Shown: positions 58,981 through 64,000 of the stretch, piece by piece | How the letters are laid out: each line of letters begins with the position of its first letter | Position numbering within the stretch: the first letter of the stretch is position 1 | Source of the DNA: the human T2T-CHM13v2.0 reference genome, Homo sapiens | Length of the DNA: 64,000 nucleotides | Assembly: GCF_009914755.1 (NCBI RefSeq) | Contig: NC_060926.1 | Direction: 5' to 3' (one strand) | Made by a program: the position numbers and the translations under genes | Notes under the pieces: generated by a model | What the model was told of the DNA's origin: nothing | The model's database searches: none | What the model saw: only the letters and a program-made list of their open reading frames with translations

Positions 58981-59095
58981 ATGGAGCCAGGCCTGGACCC
59001 AACTTCCTGATTCATAATAACATGGATCCAGGCCTGGACCCAGCTCCCTAACTTGTAAGAAGATGGAATCAGGACTGGACCCAGCACCCTGACCT
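58981..59095. repeat. Diverged about 41-bp tandem repeat, 3 copies
   Basis: atgga(g/t/a)..cagg(c/a)ctggaccca at about 58981, 59022 and 59063. Confidence 0.75.
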
Positions 59096-59624
59096 AAAGG
59101 AACACGGGTGGTGATGCTGGTGGGTTTCTCCCACTTTGCTCCCCTCACACCCCTGAAGACCTGTAATCCAGTGCCCAGCAGCTAGTGGACCCCCTTCCCG
59201 TGGTTCTCGGCCCACATGGTCTGTGGCTGGAGCCTGTGGTTGGGACCATTTTAAGCATTTGGCCGAGCTCATCTGCTGCCGTTTCTTCTCCTGTCAGAGC
59301 CTGGTTTTATGCTTTCCTATTTTAAACAAACAGCCGTTTGAAGGCAAACTCTCCTTTCCCTTGATCCTGTAGAACAGCCCTAGGAGGTGCTTTTCTGATT
59401 CCTCTGACGTTTCTGCCACTCCTCTAGGATCTTTCAACCTGTTCTCCCCTCTGAGCCCACACTTAGCGGGTTCTGAACTGCTCTACTCAGCCACCCCGTC
59501 CCAATCCCCTCTGGCTCCAGCCCTAGCAGTCCTGAAGCTGCCTGCGTGTTCTCCGCTAGGTCACTAGGTCACTTACCGGGCGGTGAATGGTCTCCATTAG
59601 GAAGCCCTGCAAAGTCAGAGGCTT

Positions 59625-59930
59625 AATACAACTGGTCTACTGCTCACCACCCTGAGGCCAGGAGCCCGGATAGGGCTTACCTTTGTGCAGGTGGCGTGTG
59701 CTGCGATGGCCAACGGGGGCTGGAGGGCCCGGGATGGCTTTGTCCTGTCTGTGGGCTCTGGATGGGGCACCGACTGGAGCCCAGCTATCCTCTCTCTCCC
59801 TGGCCCTCCAGAGCCCCTCTCCAGCAGGGTAGGTGGGTGTCTTCATATGGCAGCAAGGACCCAGATCAGAGGCTGGCACCGTGCCCTTCACAGCACGTAG
59901 TGATCAGAGCAGTCACCGCCAGCCTGGGCT
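59625..59930 (-). mobile_element. Old MLT1 (H-J type) fragment
   Basis: ggctggagggcccgggatggct...ctctccagcagggtag...cttcatatggcag. Confidence 0.45.
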
Positions 59931-60139
59931 GGAGGAGCGGATGCAGGTGAGAAGGCGTCACCGGCCTTTGGGACCAGGCCCTCGGGCTGCCACCTGCAGG
60001 CAGCCACCACCCGCCTGTCCTTCACACAGAGCTGGGTCTATTCCCCCACATCCTTCCTTCCTGGTGGCACACGGCCTGAGGCCCACAGAGGAAAGGCCCC
60101 TTTGACATGGGCCCAGTCCTGGGAAGCAGCAGGAGAACA

Positions 60140-60345
60140 GACACAGTTGCCAGATACGATCCCAGCTCTGCCACACGCAATTCCATGACCTGGAACGCCT
60201 CATTAACCTCACGGAGACTCAGTCTCCTTTGCGGTCAAAGGATTGTAATTGTACACACCTCCCAGGGCTGTTGGGGAAATTAATAGAATCCACTTCTGTA
60301 AAATTCTGTATTCAGCAGGCCCTCAACGGCTGGAAGCTATCACTG
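60140..60345 (+). mobile_element. MIR
   Basis: atcccagctctgccac...ttaacctcacggagactcagtctcc...caggccctcaac. Confidence 0.6.
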
Positions 60346-60554
60346 TTAGCAGAATGATCGCACTACCATCTCAGCAAAAGCCACTCAGTACATCCTGATT
60401 CCAAAGCAGGACCTGGACTCACTCATTCATGTCAACATTTAGGAGGTGCTATTCTACGAGTCACTTGGTTGGAAAGGGTGGGACCCTGTGGCCAAGCGCT
60501 TCTTCCTGCCCAGGGAGCTCGCCCTGGGGAGGTGGTGGGGACCAGCAACAGCTG

Positions 60555-60740
60555 CTAGGCAGAAACCCCGGCTCCACCCCTCTCACTGTGTGGCCTGGGG
60601 CAGCTGTGTGAGCCTCTCTGTGCCTCCGCTGTCAAATGAGAATGACATTGACCTCTTAGGATTAAATCAGAGAATGTTCCTAAAGTGCTGAGAACAGCGC
60701 CTGACATATTAAAAGCTTCGGATGCGTTTGTCATCACTGA
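60555..60740 (+). mobile_element. MIR
   Basis: ctgtgtggcctggggcag...ctctgtgcctc...taaagtgctgagaacagcgcctgacata. Confidence 0.65.
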
Positions 60741-60935
60741 CATCTAATAAAGAAGAGAATAAGAGGGTTTTTCCTGCATTTCCCCTCTGACCTCTACCTC
60801 TTCTGGCTGAAAACCTTTAGGCCTAGTGCCCTCTCCTTTATTTGTTTTACGCTATGTTCTCTATAAGCCATGTTGAATCCTTAGTGAAATGAAGCCCAGC
60901 ATAAATAAATGAACAAATGCGGCCTCAGATGCGTC

Positions 60936-61142
60936 CAACCTCACCAGCCCTCTCGCCCCCAGGATGTCCTCAGCGATCACCACGGCACTCTCTGAGGCCT
61001 GGCCCAACCTCACCAGCCCTCTCGCCCCCAGGATGTCCTCATCAATCACCACGGCACTCTCTGAGCCCTGGCCCAGCCTCACCAGCCCTCTCGCCCCCAG
61101 GAAGTCCTCATCGATCACCACGGCACTCTCTGAGCCCTGGCC
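60936..61142. repeat. 69-bp tandem repeat, 3 copies
   Basis: cctcaccagccctctcgcccccagga recurs at 60939, 61008 and 61077. Confidence 0.95.
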
Positions 61143-62112
61143 CTGACCTGTGCCCTCGGAGGCTCCTGCCCGCTGCTGAGTCCGGCTGAGTAGTTGCCAT
61201 TCCTCTTCCTGGTTAGATCCTGCTCCATTTCCAGCTGGAAAGTCGTCATCCACTCTGGGGATTTACTCTGCTGGAGTCGGTCAAGCCGCCCCAGAGCCTC
61301 ACTCCCAGGGACTTCAATCTCACGGAGCCGGACTCAGATTTACTGTGGAAAACATCCCTGGAATAGGCATTGCCTCATCGTCCTCTCTGGGGAAGACGGA
61401 TGCGCCGGGAGCTGCCCCAGTGGGTGCACATGGAGCTCCTCGGGGAGCTGGGCCCACCCCAAGGACCACCGTGGCTGCAGCTGGCTTCTTCATGCACTAG
61501 GGCTGGTCCTCGGAGGACAGTGGCAGCCACAGGCCACACTTTGGCTGTGCCGGGAGCCCCCAGACACCAGGACAGAAAGGAGACCTCGGGGAGACTGGCT
61601 TGCCAGGTCTCTGCCTCTCCTTTCTAGACAAGAAACCCAGACTTTCCGGGAGGTGCATCATCACCTGAAACCAAGAGGCCCAGACCCCGGCTGGGGAATA
61701 GTAAGTAAGGGATGCTGCAAACGCACTTGGCTGCAGTCAAACCTCTCTGCCCTGATGCCACTCTGCCGCCATCCCATGAAACACGAGAACGCCTGCCGTG
61801 GGGAAAGCCCTGCTCATCCCAGCTTCCCGGAGTATCTGTCCCAGGGAGTGAAGGGAAGCAGGGCCGGCTCGCTGGTGAAGACTCCGGCTTTCTCCATTCC
61901 CACCGAAGACCTTCCTGAAGGCTGGGCTGTCACCCCAGCGTCCCCGGCCCTGGCACCGGCACCAGACCCAGCACAAGGCCCCTCCTGCTGAACGGAAGGA
62001 CAGACAGGCAGCGGCCGTGCGGATGAAGGACGGGTGTTCGCAGGTGGCACACATATTTTTTGTTCTCCTTAAATAATCATGACGTCCTCATTCTCCATGG
62101 AACCGCCCTTAC

Positions 62113-62308
62113 CCTCCTCCTCTCTTCCTTTGCGGTCACTGCCGCTGTCCTGTGGGCAGTGCCGCCTCCACAGTAGTCAGTGCAGAGCAGGCCTGGATGC
62201 GGCAGTGCTTCAGAGGCCGGAGGACACCGCGGAGCCGCAGGCGCCCACAGGGCCACCCAGCAGCTCCCCCGCTGCCCCACCTCGGGCAGGCAACGGATTC
62301 CCCAATCC
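62113..62308 (-). other. Candidate internal exon (196 nt) of an unidentified, probably non-coding transcript
   Basis: Acceptor CCCCTGTCTCTATCTGCAG|G and donor AGG|GTAAGG on the minus strand. Confidence 0.35.
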
Positions 62309-62918
62309 CTGCAGATAGAGACAGGGGCATCCCTGATCTCACGCAGGCACAGTGGGGAGTAAAGGGCAGTGCATAAGAAGCCCGGGGCTCCGAGCCTGGC
62401 ACAGGACGCACGTTCCCACGTAGGTGGCTGCTTCCTCGCTTCTGCCACTGCAGCCTTGGCACACAGGGCTCTGGCCACGTGACCACCCAGGCTGCTATTC
62501 TCACTTGCCAAACACAGCCCGCCCTCATCCATCTCAGAGCCATGCTGGCTTCCTGGAGGTCCTGCCATGCTGACTTAGCATGTCCCCTGTCCCTTACTAC
62601 CCTCATCCTTCCCCACAGTCAGACTCACCCTCAGATGCCCCAACTCTAGAAAGCCCACTGTTCCTCATTCCCTCCTCCTGGGACCCCAGTCAGCTCACTC
62701 AAGGGAGGCCTGGAAACAATGCTACCTCACTGTCCCTTAGCAAGGACTCCAGGCAACCTCTGTATTTACTGCAGTTGTTTACACCCTGCCTCATTCCAAG
62801 AGCAGTGTAGCTGGCAAAGGACACGCACAGAAAGGCTGATGCCACGGAGACAGATATGGATGAGCACAGCCACGGAAAGGCCTGAGGCTGCTCAGGATGA
62901 GCGGGAACTGTCACTTAC

Positions 62919-62972
62919 CTTGAGCATCCAGGGCACAGGTGCCGTGCTGGACCCCCACAGGGTGCACAGGCA
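62919..62972 (-). other. Candidate internal exon (54 nt)
   Basis: Acceptor GTTCTTTTGAGCCCTTCTCAG|T and near-perfect donor AAG|GTAAGT on the minus strand. Confidence 0.35.
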
Positions 62973-64000
62973 CTGAGAAGGGCTCAAAAGAACTGCCTCT
63001 GCCTGCAACACAGCTGAGGAGACCGACATAGCCATGTGTGAAACCCTGGGTGTCACGCGTTTCGCACTAGGGAAACACCACCCCTGCAGCTGGGGCAGAG
63101 ACCCCTGGCAGCCAGCCCTGGAGGAGGCGTGGGCTCAGGGAGCAGCCGGAGATGGATGGGGAGGGGCCGGGACGAGGAGGCCGCGTGGCTAGCATGGCGA
63201 ACATGGGCGGCTGGGCACCAGGCTCACCCACACATGGGGAATCCACGTGTCCTTTACCCACCTGGAACCTGTTTGCTCAGTTGATACATAAGATCGACTC
63301 TGTAGCAGCACTTGGTGAATTTAAAAAATTAATTGTAAAGGAATTTATACCTTATTGCAAAGACAACTGTTTATTTACTAGAAATTAGGCACTGAGATTC
63401 ATATCTTGATGGATTATAAAGCCCCTCCTGCCCCTGCCCATATTTCCAGTGTTGTTCCACCAAGTCTCTCCCATGAGAGGGAAGCTTCTTTGAGCCAATG
63501 TGGACCAGTCACGAAAAAGTGGGGGGACCAAGCATGAAGACCATGTTGTCACCAAGAGGCATTGTCCTGAGCCAGGTGGGGCCGGACCTTCCCCAGCCCC
63601 TGCCCCTGCTAGGAAAAGTGCTGCGACTCCATGGAAACCTTCTCCTGGGGTGGGAGCCAGAGGGAGACGCACCCAGTCTGCAGGGTCAGGCCCCCGTGGG
63701 CATGCCCAGTCCCTCAGGGTGTCTACCCATAGCCAGCATGTGGTCTTTCCAGAGATGCCTGACCTGGGCACACCTGGGCTTGGGGGAACCCTGACCCCTG
63801 ACAGCCTGGGCGATGCCCCAGCAGCTGAGATGACAGCACACAGAGCCTTTTCTGCAAAAGAACTTGGGGCTCGAGTGTACTCAAGGTGCTGACTCCTGGA
63901 CGTTCCTGCCAAGGGGGTCCTGGAGATGGCTCGAGTGGCCAAGAGCTCAGGGCCAGCTGTCTACTCAAGGCACAGGCCCCAGAAGGTTGCCTGGGACAGT

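Noticed and set aside
60861-61253. 130-aa ORF with in-frame 23-aa repeats
   Set aside because: A by-product of the 69-bp VNTR; GTG start and no other coding evidence.
61194-61991. 265-aa plus-strand ORF (also the 259-aa ORF at 56890-57669)
   Set aside because: Non-ATG starts, no recognisable domain, and composition typical of random GC-rich DNA; the second runs through a VNTR.

Overview
This is primate (human-like, catarrhine) nuclear DNA with no recognisable protein-coding gene, RNA gene, CRISPR array or prokaryotic element. It is a repeat-rich intergenic or intronic stretch of mixed base composition. The first 8.3 kb is LINE-1: the 3' part of a dead L1PA4-like element inside an older L1M/L1MB. 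The rest contains about 10 Alus, a HERV-K(HML-2) LTR5B-like solo LTR, MaLR LTRs (THE1, MLT1, MST), Tigger/hAT/mariner MITEs, MIR, L2 and HAL1 relics, and many minisatellites with 19-100 bp units plus three long CA/TG arrays. Several non-repeat blocks rich in homeodomain motifs look like conserved developmental enhancers. Almost all ORFs in the supplied track are noise. The best-supported unusual structure is at 43.16-44.18 kb: a twin-primed, 5'-inverted L1 carrying a 75-bp 3' transduction, inserted in an AluJ linker and later hit by a second Alu. Other notable items are a minisatellite born from L1 ORF2 sequence (48.4 kb), a trimeric Alu (35.3 kb) and candidate minus-strand spliced exons at 61-63 kb. 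I found no evidence for a wholly new biological system. Repeat subfamily names come from recalled consensus sequences and need RepeatMasker/Dfam confirmation. The chromosomal locus could not be identified.
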